Made by a program: the position numbers and the translations under genes. Below the pieces are notes generated by a model that saw only the letters and a program-made list of their open reading frames with translations, was not told where the DNA came from and searched no databases. A stretch of 64,000 nucleotides of DNA from Bugula neritina (taxonomy: Eukaryota; Animalia; Bryozoa). The number at the start of each line of letters is the position of its first letter. Position 1 is the first letter of the stretch. Shown here in pieces: positions 1 through 13,259 of the stretch. Where the stretch lies: the NCBI GenBank assembly GCA_964035545.1, contig OZ037768.1:20071700-20135699 (forward strand), read 5' to 3'.

Positions 1-884
1 TAATTTATTTGGTTTAGCCTTGGTTCAGTTGAATGCCGGTTTTACAAGATGGAGGCAAGACTATCAAATGCTTATTACACAAGAAATAGGAACTTCAGGT
101 AACATGACTCAACAGTATTGCTAAACTAATTGCCAGATGAATGCACACAGAGTCAATTATCCCTGCAGGTAATAGTTTAGCTACGCAGGTAATAGTGTAG
201 TGTTTCCCTGAGGAAACTATGAATTAACTTTAATGACACGAAGCCTCTACAAATATTTTCACTTGCATAGACTTCTAAATCCAATATTACACAGCAGTGC
301 AGATTACTAGCAAGATAAATCAACCTAGTGCTCAAAAGAATATATAATTATTTCCCAACACTTGAGCCTTCAGTTAATTGACTGAGTTATACACTTTATA
401 TAACTTAATAACTCTTGACAGCATAACCTGGAGTAGGCCGTAGTAGACAGCTGAGGTGAAGCAATTAAAAACTGTAATGCAATACCACTTCAATATAATT
501 AATCACCATACTTAATAACCCCATCAGACGTATAATCATCATGATGGATGCTGACATGTGACTGATGCCAACACATGACGTTATGTAGCTCAGGTAGTTC
601 ATAACTTCAGCCTATTAGCTGCAGGGCACAGTTGCTGCCAGTCTGACAGCAGCAGCATATTACTACTGAGTCCATGTAGTCTGGGTACGCTAACACGCAG
701 AGCAATGCCAAGAGCACAATATGATATTATATAGCTAGACCTTAGGCTAAATAGACTCAGACCTCATGCTAGATTTATAGTCAATCCTAACACTGCCTTT
801 CAGTGACAAATAGAAACAGTCACCAGAATCTAAGCTAGACAAAGCTGGCAGCTCATGCATTGTGAGTGGCTAGAACCAACTGAC

Positions 885-3800
885 CTTGACATTGTGCGAG
901 TGCAGACCTCCTGGATGTTTCTCGTTGTACTGGTTGAGGTCCGTCTCCTAAAACAGGAAGTAGCAGATACAGTGACACAGCCAGGAGACCTTACAATGCT
1001 AACCATTCTTAAGTTTCACCGTTTTACAGACAATATAAAGCACATTTTATATGAAATAAGTTGTTTAACACTGGCATTGCTAAAGACTGGGTTAAAATAG
1101 CAGAGAGTGGAGTGTGACCACTCTATCTAAAATACATCCCTACACGCTTGGTATCTACTACCTTTAGTAAGGTACATATAACCTACAGGTAAGTAGCTAC
1201 AGGTAAGTACCTTCAGGTAAGTACCTTCAGGTAAATACACAAGCAGATGCATATAATCATTAAATCACAGATGTTGAGCTATGAGCAGGGAAAGAGAAAT
1301 CTTACCACATATTCAAAGACAAAGGTGAGAGTGTCTGTGGTGTGAACAATATCATGCAGTGTCACTATATTTGTGTGTCTCAAATCTTTCAATAGTGAAG
1401 CTAAAAATAGAAAAAAATAATGATATGACACATCCATAATAATATAATATTCCACACTTCCATGAGGCCAGGTTATTAGCATGAGGTTAAGCAAATTATT
1501 TGCTAGATCAATAGCCATAAATTTGAATTATGATTTTCAAAGGCTTCATGCTATAAATACAAATAAATTTGATCTTTCAGTTATTGGCAGCAAATACCGC
1601 ATGCTGCCAAAGCTAGGCATTGTGGGTAATAGAGCTGTAAGGTGTCACCTCAAGTCACAACTGAATTCCCATAACATAATACAATACAATATCCAGTTAC
1701 TAGGAAATTGTGAGAATATACACTCTGATGTAACACAGTAAACGGTGAAAAAGGTGAACAAAGGAACCACATTAATGACACTTTAAAAGTGTGTGAAGAT
1801 AAAGCGCTACAATAAGCATAGCCTGTGACCTACCCTCTCTAATAGCAGTGAATGGGGTGCCCTCCTCCTCTTTTAACCTCGTCTCTTTAAGAGCAACAAT
1901 CTGTTGAGTCAATCTAAAAGTAATCATAGAAAATATTTCAAACTCTGGCTGTCAGTAGCCTTGAGGTACCAGTGAGCTATTAATAGGGAGAATTAATAAC
2001 CAATGATTTATTCAAACACCACATCTCAAGTTCTAAGTCTTTTTCTCAGAAACTGGCCAACACTTTAGTGGCTCATCTTAACCAACAAACAGAAAGTCTG
2101 ATATTTGCTAGCAAAAAGTTTTCAACCACTAAGCTTAAGATAATTTATGTTAGATTACTTCAAATAGTAAAATGTTCAAAGACATTATATAAAGATGCAC
2201 CCAGTTCAACAATCTCATTTGCCATGGTACTAAGTCTAAGCCCGGAGTTAATAAGCTACAAGTTGGGACATACTAACTTGCTGATCCCCTTATAGACTGT
2301 AGCGTAGGATCCTTCCCCCAGCTGCTCCAACTTCTCATACGCAGACACTTTCCCAAATGGTGTACCAAACTAATAAAAAGGTTAACAATGTGCAAAATAA
2401 ATGTTTCATCAAATGTTTAACCTTTACACATGAGCTATGAATGAATCAAAAATGCTAATCAGTTGTCAAAGAAAGATACTGTAGAAAACCCACTCCCACG
2501 AAATACTAGTCAGTATATGTTATTACCACTTGCCCACCATTCAGCTTTCTCTTTACGAAATATGTGTGAAAAGGTGAACATTTAAATCTAGATATTCAGA
2601 CCGTGATGGTTTTGTCACATTTAAAGAGGCTGAGTGAGTAGAGAATGAAGAAGGGAAGATTTAGAAATGACCAACTCACCCCAAAACTGTAGCGCTTCTT
2701 GTTAATCTGCTGCACTCTGTACATTGACTGATTGAAACCTTCGGACTTGGGCCTCCTAGACTGCAAATCTCCTTTCTCGTTGAGCATATCCCCTGTTGAA
2801 TAGTGTCTCTTTACTCCATTGTTGTCTGGTAACACTTGAGCTTCAACTGAAATGATTAAAAACCGTTCTCTTTGCAAAACATTGTTTTGAAATAGAAGGC
2901 GTACAAAGTTGACAAAGAGTTAAATAAGTTACCCTTGCTGATAGGTCTGTGAGAAAGTTCGTATATGCATGTAAAGTCATGCTTTCTAGAGTACACCAGC
3001 TTTCTAGCCTTAACCATGTTGAGATGTGTTTGTTACTTGTTAGATAGATGACAACCGGAATGTTGATGTTAATTTCTCCAACGTTCAAATGGTTGTGAAT
3101 AGCGCCAAAACAACATGAGCTTTATATATAACACACAGTGTATGTGCAACATAGGAATCACTAGCTCTATCAGATAAATAATCATATAAGTCAAGTTAGG
3201 CATGTCACGATTGCACCCACCATTCATGCGTATCACGTGGAAGACACATCTGACTAAACAATACCCACACTGAATCACTAATACTATAATGGAAACCCAA
3301 TATATTACAAACTTTTTTTGAAAAACACGAAGTTGTTTAGTGAGGCGTGAAGCTGGTGAGAACTTAAATGGACAGGAGGGCTAGAACCACGTGAGTCACT
3401 GGACCTAGATGCGAACCTGAGGAGGAAGAAAACTGATATGGGAAGTTTCGGGCATGCCCAGACAAGAGTTGCTATCTATTTCAGTCAATAAACGACCTTA
3501 AAAGTAGATTACACCACGGAGGTGAGCGTTGCAATTACTGTTGGACATGTCTGCTATATTACATGTAGAATGGAAATGATTATACCTTTAATTTTGGGAA
3601 TTTACACAAAAAATCAAGCGAATGTGTCATGCTTTTTCATAGAGTTTGGACACAAAGGTTTCTAGGCAGTACCACCATGTAGCGTTAATACTCTATAAAT
3701 AGATAGATGTGATGCTGGAAAAAAAGAGGCAAGCGTTGATCACACCCAATATTCAGAGTTTGGGCTGGCATCCTTTGATGACAAATTCTTTGAGAAATCT

Positions 3801-6800
3801 ATTCATGAAAACAAGAAGCTAGCACATTGCACTATTTTCTACAAAATAGAAAATGACTGAAAACATTTAAACCATAAAACAGCCTGTGGTCTTAAAAATC
3901 ATCTCCAAGGCTGTGTTTAAGAGGCAGCCTCCCCTAACCCCACACTCACAAGCCTTGAGACCTGCTGCTTATAAAATATAAAATCTTCTCTAGGTGAAGA
4001 ATAAAAGAATTGAAAGAAAAGATGGTTGAAAATTTGTCTAAAAAGCTTTTTATATTACAATATAACATAGCATTTCTATATAATTTCTAATATATTTGTT
4101 GTCCCAAATATATAGGTTAATGGCAGTTTCTACAAGAGCTCGAGCAAATGTTATTATTTAATTCAAGAATTTAAAGTTTCAAGAGCAGTTCAAAGGTCAC
4201 CAGGGTGGAACTGCTGCTGAGACACGATCTGCTGAATCAACCAAATGCCTGAATCAACACTGAAATGGTTTATATTCTCCAGGAAGCATGAGTTGTCAGC
4301 AACTATGAGTTCTTTATTCACAACTCATTAACATCCTTTAATCTAATTTATAGGTCAACTTATTTCATAGACATTGACCCTAAGTTCATCAACAATAAAA
4401 TCAGTAATAATGTTATCAAATAAAAATTTAAGTCTAAACTCTCCATAACATGGAATACCCAATACTCAGTAGTTAACTAAAGATTTAAATACTACACTCA
4501 AGAATTTTTTGATTTGACACAGTGTTTTCTTCTGTCATATACCATTCATAAAAAGATGTATTTCAAAACTTTGAAAAAACTCAAGTTGCTGGAGAAAAAC
4601 TACTAAAAAACAAGTAACTTTCTTTGTTCATAAAACTAGCAAATCAATCATTTGATATGCAGTTGGTTCAGCTGTTTTCTTTCCTTGTAACAAAGTAAAT
4701 AAGCAGGGCATTCTCACAGAGTATTTCAAGTTACACTCTTACAGGCACGGGTAACCATATTCTATGAAGAGCATCCCCCCCCCCAAAGAACGTCTTTCCA
4801 ATGTATACCAAATTCTAAGCATCCTCATCTTTGAGTAAAGTTTATTCAACATTCTACATCTAATAATAACCAGGTAGGCATTGCATAATTTTTTGCCTTA
4901 AACAAAACCAATTAAGGAAATACATGCTAAAAATTACATTCAATTGGCTATTTTATATACCATTATAAATACTCACATAATCACATTATTGGCTTACAAT
5001 CAAACCAATTAATGAATGAGGAAAATTTTCTTACATAGTTAAACTTCTTTCAGTATTAATAGCATGAAAGATAAGTCTAATGTCTTGTGGTGGAATGCAT
5101 TGGCAGCACTTCCAGTAGCACTATTATGAAAATCTACTAATGGCAAACCAAGATGCCCAAGTAAGGCTGTTACAAGGATTGCCACAGGCGCTGGGGGAAG
5201 GCACAGGGGTAAGAATAGGAGTGTGATGCATATCCTTGTATTGATCAACCCTAATGTCAATGTAATGGTGCTATAAATAATAGGATTAACAGTAAAGCGC
5301 TCAAAGCTGACTTGAGGGTTAAAAGTTCGCCATCGTGTTTAGAGTCTGCATTTGTTAGTTCAAAAATCACATCTAGGTCTTAGCTGCCAGTTGGTTTTAA
5401 CCACTTCCATTGCTTGCAGGTTATCTCATAAATTATTATAATGATGTAATATCTCCGACAGCACGTGTTGAATCTCAACAAGAACTCTATTTAAACTAAT
5501 CAGTGTAATTAATACCAGCACGTTAGCTCCCTGCCAAGAATCTGTATAAACATTGCCAAATCACAAATTATAAATGCCAACAACACAGCTTGAATATAAT
5601 TTATCCAGATCTGGTATGAAACAGCTACTGGTAGAATTTCAGATAAATTACAGTAAATGAAACTACAATGCAATTAAGAAAACCAAACTGCAGCTAATTT
5701 CCGATAAATGATCAAGTCAGCCATTTCGAAATATATAATAATGAACATTTTCATATATGATTTTTAACAGAGCCAAATGAAAACACTGAAAGCTACAGTA
5801 TTTTCAGTAACCTCTTTGTGTTAAAATTGATTAAGACTTATAAATGTGGCTAATAGAATTTGACTCCATCTTAGATTACGTATTGTATTGTATTCTATAA
5901 TATAAATTATTATATAAGACATAAGTGATTATTCTATAGTCTATACTCTATAGTCTATACTCTGTAGTCTATACTCTATAGTCTATACTCTGTAGTCTAT
6001 AGTCTATACTCTATAGTCTATACTGAAAGAAGTTGTTGCGATATTTCTATTTATAGATTTCTTTAAAAAGAATTTCTAGCTTTTTGTTTCTACCAGCACG
6101 AGTAATAATATCACGTGGTACGATGATGCTCTTCCAAAAACTTCACATCCTACTGGGAGTAGCCAAGTTTCGCATATCACTCGCAAAGTGCAGATTTTTC
6201 TGATTTCACAGAGTTAGTACAGTGTTAAAGCTGACGAGATTATTACAGCTTTATAGTCGTCTGTCACAGGAATTCTTTTAAGACAGACAGAACAACATCT
6301 GCAATGACTCATCAATCAACGTGATTAAAAAGCTTATGCTTCGGCTCATGGAGCTTATTTGATATAAATCATCAACTTAGTTGATATTACAACAAAATAT
6401 ATCATCACTATGTTTGTTGATGATAGTTGATATCATTAACTTAGTGATAATTTATAATTTAAAAACATTTTGGGGAGCATAAAATGCTAAAATTACTAAG
6501 ATTTTAGTTGCATTTCATTGAACTCAGAATCTGGCTTACTACATATATGTTGAAAAATTAGATTTAATTTACAATTATTTGAAAATAATTATTTCATTAG
6601 CAACTAAAAAGAACTAGTGATTCCATATTTTCATATTATATCATTGTCATACTACAACGATATACTACTACTGCTCTCAGCCCTCAGTGAGTGAGTTACT
6701 ATGGGAGACTCACTTTCACTCACTCACAGTTAGCCTAGGGCCACACGGTGCGTATTTTCGCATGCGAAAATTGAAATCACAAGTAGCAAAGGTGTCCACT

Positions 6801-9800
6801 GTGCGCGTTGAGAAAACGTTCGCACTTGTCGCTCTGCATTTTCAACGCAAGTTCGAATCGTCTCTGTCGTCGTCACCTAATTGGCTGGTAGTGGTTCAGC
6901 GAGCCCAATTTCTTTATTTAGTGCTATATTCCAGTAAATTGCGTTTTATTGAAAGCGAGTGCGATTTAAAAATGAAAGCTTTATTTATCACGCATCACTG
7001 ACGCTACAGTGGACACCTTTGCTACTCGTGATTTTAATTTTCGCATGCGAAAATACGCACAGTGTGGCCCTAGGCTTACTACTAGTTGCTGAATAGTTGA
7101 TAGCACCCCACACACCCTATATCTCACCTTGGGAACCAGCGTTCAAGTGACTATCACTAATTGCAGACGACGTGCCATCCATGTTGAATGAGACTCGAGC
7201 ATTTGATTGGTCCACATCTGCTGACCTAGCACCAGAATAGAGAACTGTACTCTTTGAAATCTACAAAATATTCAGGAATATAAAAAAATAATTTACAGCT
7301 AAAACCAAAATGGTGAAGACATTATTACCCTTGATATACTTTGGTTCCAATAAAATGATGGGCCTAAATACAAATCAATATTTTTATTTGCCAACTTAGC
7401 AGTAGCTAGTAAGTTTTTTTGGTTCTTCTATAACACTTTCTTTAAAATTTTCCATAATTCAAGTTCCAATGCATACAAGACATATGTAAGGTTAGTCCGC
7501 ATATTGTCAGATTGTTTAGTTAGAATAATATATCATATTCTCACTAATTTACTCATCTTTGTTTTCAATGTAAACAACGAATTTCTCTAAATAATATCAT
7601 AAAATACAGACTCCATGTAAATATGTTTATTTCAATCTCTGTGTGACATATTTATTGAAGGAAGGAATGGCATTTTACATATTCATAAATATTTATATTC
7701 AGCTCATGATAAAAAACAAGATCTATTTTTAAAAAGTAGTCAGAATTTAGATGAATGACTACAAAAATAAACTACCAATGGATTGCATTGCACATAAGAA
7801 ATAGAGAGACATATTCACAATGAATACTTGGTACTGAGGCCCAGTTACTCTCCACCCTAGGGTACACTGTGCGTCTACCACGCAGCAAGATCCTTTGTTG
7901 CCTCTTCAAGTAAAACTTGCTGAAGACGACACCCAGACACTAGTGATGGCAGACTGCTGCACTTACAAACCCAGCGCATGAAAAAACTAACAGAGCAACT
8001 CTCCTCCCAGCAACAATCATCAGCTTAGTCAAGAACAAAGGGAAGAAAAGGCAGATGTTTTCAACTAACTGCACTAAATCTGCAAGTTTCATAATCAGCC
8101 TTCTTTACAGAATATACTATGTCAAAACATCAAACTCAAACATTAGCTGGTAATGATGACTACAGACACATGATTATGCAACAGATCTGGACAATCACAC
8201 ACCCTACTGGTCATCAACTAATTACTTTGGGAAGTGCAGAACTAATGTAGCAGTAAATGCTGCTGTAACTGATGTAGAACACATTTTAGGGGCATGAGTC
8301 ATCGCTAAGTACAATGTGAACTAACCAGTCTAATCAGAATTCATGAAGGTATCCAGTAAACAAGCAGGAATGATCAATTGTGCATCAAATAACCTAGTGT
8401 TAACATAATCGTAGCTGAAACACATCAACTCCTGTAAACTTTACGTCATTCTATTGAGGAATGTGTTAGTTAATTAATATCTGCATATGGGCCAATGTCT
8501 CTCAGGAAAGTATTCATGAAAAGCAGCACCATGCTAATAATCATACGCAGACGACAGGCTAGTGAAAAAGCTGCAAGATCCTAGAAAGAAAACCAGCCCA
8601 AACATCAAAGGACACAAGATAAAAAGGTAAACTTGAGTGAAAGAAATAAATGGAACTGATTATATTTATATAGTATATATGCATAGTACAAGGACAATGA
8701 GTTTCCACCAAGTGAGTCTTAATTAGAAATGGCAACGCATTGTTGTAGAACGACCAGATGCTTCTGGCAATCTAGCCTCTGGTTATTGGGTTTGAAAGTG
8801 TAGGCATTATCATTTGTCAGCCTGGGCTAGATTCCTGTCAGGTCTAATTAGTCCTAAAGCAAGTCTATCTCTTTACTAGGCTTATAAAATTAAATCCTCA
8901 TTTTTAAACAAGTTTAATCTCCCCATGACTCACACAATCAGTGGGCGTGTGGGAGATAATACCGCAACTATACATGCGTAATTATTATGTATACCTATAC
9001 TTAGACTAGATGGCAAGCTATGGCACAATACAGGAGATAATGGTATATGATATAACGCCAATAATACTAGGATCTACATACTTGTTTGGTCTCTAGGATA
9101 TTAAGCTGGGCATCAGCTTTCTCCCTCTTAGACCTGGATACATCTTCTCTAGACAAAGCTAACATAGAAACATGAGAATATGTTATCATTTATTATAGCA
9201 CAGGCTACAAGGAAGTACTACTTCTACTCAAGGGGTTGATAAGACCAGCACGTTGTGTGAAGTTACACAGTAATTTCAGTTGGGTGGCTGGTAAATCATT
9301 CTCACAATGAAGTTTTAAATATACAAATTAGTAGAAAAGCAGGCAGTTGGTCGGGCAACAGCTGGTGTTTTACATATCATTAGCATTTAGCTGCAGCAGC
9401 CAGCAACAACAGCTTTGGTTATCAGCATTGCAATGGCCACCATAAGCAGTAGACATGGGAAAAGATATGACATTGAAATAACATGTAGTAGAGCCGTGAA
9501 AGAAGGGCTGATGACCCCCCCTCCCCACTGGTAAACCTAATATTCAGGCAAAACAGAGTCTCTCACTAGGAAATACTTCTACAACATGGAACCGGCTGAA
9601 TAATCAGACAACTGGACTTTGATGTTCACTTATTCCGTTTGTGATTATATGATATAAGCAATATGACATAATGTATATCATGTAACATTTACCACACAGT
9701 ATATTTTATCAATTGTGTATACATACATAATTTATTTAGACTTCTCGATATTCTACGTTTAAGCTTGGCAAACCGGCTGCCCATATAATGTCTGTCCAGA

Positions 9801-9937
9801 CTAGATTTCTGTCGTGTGAAGGTGGAGAGAGTAGCTGAATCCGCTGCTGGATGACTAATGCTGTGTGACAGCGTCACTCTCTGTTTAGACAAGTTATTTT
9901 CACTCCTCGCCCCAGAAATACTTGAGGTGATGTCCAT
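885..9937 (-). CDS. CDK14: PFTAIRE-type cyclin-dependent kinase (CDK14/15, Eip63E-like); N-terminal part only, gene continues past the left edge
   Basis: Spliced exons (-): 9937-9727, 2846-2680, 2369-2278 ([28 protein letters not shown]), 1913-1834 ([21 protein letters not shown]), 1400-1306 ([29 protein letters not shown]), 947-885 ([18 protein letters not shown]). All GT-AG and phase-compatible. PFTAIRE motif is diagnostic. Probable non-coding first exon has its donor at about 12761. Confidence 0.93.
1183..1237. repeat. 14-bp tandem repeat, about 4 units (CAGGTAAGTACCTT)
   Basis: Units start at 1186, 1200, 1214 and 1228, inside a CDK14 intron. Confidence 0.8.
5932..6025. repeat. 14-bp minisatellite (TATAGTCTATACTC)n
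   Basis: Tandem array read directly. Confidence 0.85.
6733..7075. mobile_element. MITE, PIF/Harbinger (Tourist-like), 343 bp
   Basis: Long near-perfect TIRs GCCTAGGGCCACACGGTGCGTATTTTCGCATGCGAAAATT... / ...AATTTTCGCATGCGAAAATACGCACAGTGTGGCCCTAGGC. TTA duplication at 6730-6732 and 7076-7078. No coding capacity. Confidence 0.88.
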
Positions 9938-9994
9938 TTCCTCGTCTTCTGCAATACAAAGAAGGTTGTTCTCAGACTATCATACTTTATATTA

Positions 9995-10176
9995 CAATGT
10001 AGCAATATGGAGCCTAAACCTATGCAATGTAGCAATATGGAACCTAAACCTAAGCAATGTAGCAATATGGAGCCTAAACCTATACAATGTAGCAATATGG
10101 AGCCTAAACCTATACAATGTAGCAATATGGAGCCTAAACCTATGCAATGTAGCAATATGGAACCTAAACCTATGCA
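9995..10176. repeat. 30-bp minisatellite, about 6 copies (CAATGTAGCAATATGGAGCCTAAACCTATG)
   Basis: Tandem units seen directly. They explain the repetitive ORFs 9858-10187 and 9874-10155. Confidence 0.93.
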
Positions 10177-11899
10177 GTAGATACTAGATACAAGCTGTCT
10201 GCTCCCTGTAGTGCACGTGTTTCTCTAAAGTACACTGTGTTGCTAATCATACAGATGGGTACATGTGTATACCTGCAGCTACATGCAGCTACCTGCAGAG
10301 TGCTGACTAGATTCAACAGGTCACGAACAGTAACTACTTTGTGTATGCTACTCATACCAGTATATTATTATGTGAAACACGCCATTAGTGCACATTAGTG
10401 AATAATGCACAATCTACAACACAATTCCGCGTCCTCTGAATGCCAATATTATAGACAAAATAATACTATAGGTGCTTAGGGAATCAGATGCAGAGAATTT
10501 TTATCCAAATAATCTCAATACTAGAGTTAATGGATTATGGAAACCAGTGACTGTTAAAGCTCAAGTATGAATAATGAGGTACCTGGTGCACCAGTAATGA
10601 TTAACTCAACATGACTAGTGGATCTGTTAGGCAGCTGATTTATTTGAGAATGATAAGCTTGCACAACAGCCATCCTTCCGTAACTTCACTAAAATACAAT
10701 GCAAATGTAGAGAGAGGCAGTGACGTGATGAATAAATTAGCTAGCAACCGATAGATTTAATGCTCAACACCTTAAAATATTGTGCTAGATAGGAATAAGC
10801 ATAGCTGGTTTTAGCCCTTTTCCAGAATAGCATAGCATAGCAAGCGTATAGCAGCGGGTAGGGCAGAAAATAGGGCAACTTGTTGAAATTATAGTTGTAA
10901 AAGAAATTGTGAGTTAGGAATCTAATGGTTTATGTAAATAATGCGAGCAAAAACAGAAATAGACTGGGTTCATTTACAAGCGAGTTACAGCATTTGATGG
11001 CAATAATTATACTTGAATACTCATAACTACCCATTAACTAATATTCATCAATTACTTGGCCCTGAAACTGAACCTAAGTAAGATATCCAAAGTTATTTGA
11101 ATCAAACTAAAAAGTATAACATATTTTACAAAGCTTGCCACACTTAATACCCACCACCTCAGTAGAAGCAAAGAGATAGGAGAAAGTTGATGAGGAGTTA
11201 TAGAATGGTTGCCAAGTGGATATTTTTGTTATTGGGGATCTAAGCATTTGAAAGTTCATAAAAATCTGCTTCTTCAACTATGAATATTTGAGCTGTAAAC
11301 TTATCAACTACTTTTACCTTTTAAGTAACATGCCATAAGCTTTTCCTTACCCACCATAGCAATTACAATTCTCAATGAGGTAAAATTTATAGCGAACTTT
11401 CGCAAAGCTTTAGTCAATTCTGAAACCTCTTTTATAAGCAGAATTAGCCAGCTTACACCGTTGAGCTGTACATTGAATGGTTGACAATCTTATTTGAATT
11501 CGAATGTAACACAGCATATTGTAGTATCTAATAACCTTTCTCTAATACCTTTCAATATATATGCAATAGGCTATTATTTAACTATAAATATAGTAATATC
11601 CCTTTATGGATGGCTTAAGAATTAGGACTAGGAAATTTTTTTTTAACCATATACGAAAATAGAATGTCTTAATTTATAATTGGACATTACATTTAGATTG
11701 AAGCTGTCAAAGTGTATTTTCCTTGATGGTAAGAAATTATTATTTCAAACTTGAAATAATCAAAACTATAAGTGTTATTATAAGTATAACTAAAAGCATA
11801 GCATTGCGGCTTGCCAAATTTTATATAGTATTTTCTTTATATTAGTATTACAATTGTTGCAAAAACTTTAGAAAGTATTATTTGTACCACTAGCATGAG

Positions 11900-12750
11900 T
11901 ATTACCCTTAAATTTAATACCGCATTAAGTTTAATATTTATAAATTATAATATTATTATTAATAATTATAATATTATGAATACTAATGCTCAAATATTAT
12001 TATTAGTGTTACTGTCTGTTATACTCATAGCTTATAGTTATATGTTATAAGTCATAGATATAATCATAATAAATATTAATACAATAAGTATAACATTTAT
12101 AATGATAATCATAATGAAGCCTCTTTTATGCTAATAGTAATACTGATACCACAATAAAGCCAAATGACAATGCTAATTCAGATTATTCCTATTAATACTC
12201 AAGTTCAACTTCATATTGATATTGTAAAAGTAAAACATAACAACTTGTAGTAAAAGTTTAAAATATAACTATTGTATTTCTATTTACCTATTATAATTGC
12301 AAAGTTATTATAAATTATATATAACTGTGATATTGATTATGCAATTAAATTGAAATAAAACGTATTAAATTAAAATATCAATTAATGAATTAATTATAAC
12401 TTAAAACTATGTAAAACTAAAACGATTTGCAAATTGAAAAAACTCTCAGTATGAGTATGACTATGAGTATGAGTATAAGTTATACTCATACTCATAGTGA
12501 TAGTCATACTCACACTGAGAGTTTTTATAAATGTAAGTATATAGTTAATGTTATACTTATACTTATAGTTATACTATAACTATAAGTATAAGTATAAGTA
12601 TAACTATATACTCACATTTAATGATTTATATTTATAGTTTTAGTATAACTTATAATTATAGTTATACTTCTAAGTTCTAACTATAAGTGTAACTCAAACT
12701 GTAAGTGTTATCGGTTATAAATACAATTTTAATAATATAATCATAATCAT
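11900..12750. repeat. Degenerate 6-bp-periodic AT-rich tract with two adjacent long hairpins (12438-12526, 12528-12620)
   Basis: Runs such as tatgag-tatgac-tatgag-tatgag-tataag and tatact-tatact-tatagt. Inverted repeat AAAAACTCTCAGT...ACTGAGAGTTTTT. Confidence 0.75.
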
Positions 12751-12799
12751 AATGACTTACCGTAATTTGTCACAAAGACAGGCTATGATATTAAAATAT

Positions 12800-13100
12800 A
12801 AAGAAAGATGGCGTTGCCATTAACCTAAAGAAAGCTTTCAGCCAAATGATAACGCACTTACAGGTTTAAGTTGGGTAACAAAATCACCTGAAGAAGGCAA
12901 GGTGAATAATAGCAGAACAATTACATTTAGTTTTACAATCCCAATGTGATTGAAGTCTGCGGTAAGCGCCATTGACGTCAATACCAGTGTCACGCCTACT
13001 AAAACCTGCTGTAGCCAATTAAAAACATCGCCAACCCTCCCCTCTTTTTATCGAGAAGCTAACTCTTGTTTAACTTTTATTGTATTAAAAAATATTATTA
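12800..13100. promoter_or_regulatory. Probable bidirectional promoter CDK14 (-) / WBP11 (+)
   Basis: Local GC/CpG-richer island between divergent genes. YY1-like AAGATGGCG at about 12805-12813 and CRE-like TGACGTCA at about 12973-12980. TSS positions are inferred. Confidence 0.55.
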
Positions 13101-13259
13101 TGTGGTTTTCTACTTCTAGCCTTTGCTTCTAGTCTGGAAGGGCTTGTTTCCTGTAGAGTGTAGCCTCATAATGAGTGCTAGTGTGGTCAATATGAAAAAC
13201 TTTGCTGTGCAATCGCTCCCAACTCAAACTGCAACTAGGATTATTCAGTAAAGCTGTAG

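Noticed and set aside
6687-7001. 104-aa ORF as a transposase
   Set aside because: Lies across a MITE's TIR and has no DDE or DNA-binding motifs.
8770-8850. Degenerate tRNA-like or SINE head
   Set aside because: A and B boxes are too decayed to support a call.
9995-10176. 30-bp repeats as a CRISPR array or repeat-protein ORF
   Set aside because: Head-to-tail units with no spacers, eukaryotic intron context and no cas genes. The ORFs are by-products of the minisatellite.
12761-12820. Coding first exon of CDK14 starting at ATG 12820 (-)
   Set aside because: In-frame stop after 9 codons. At most a uORF in a 5'UTR exon.
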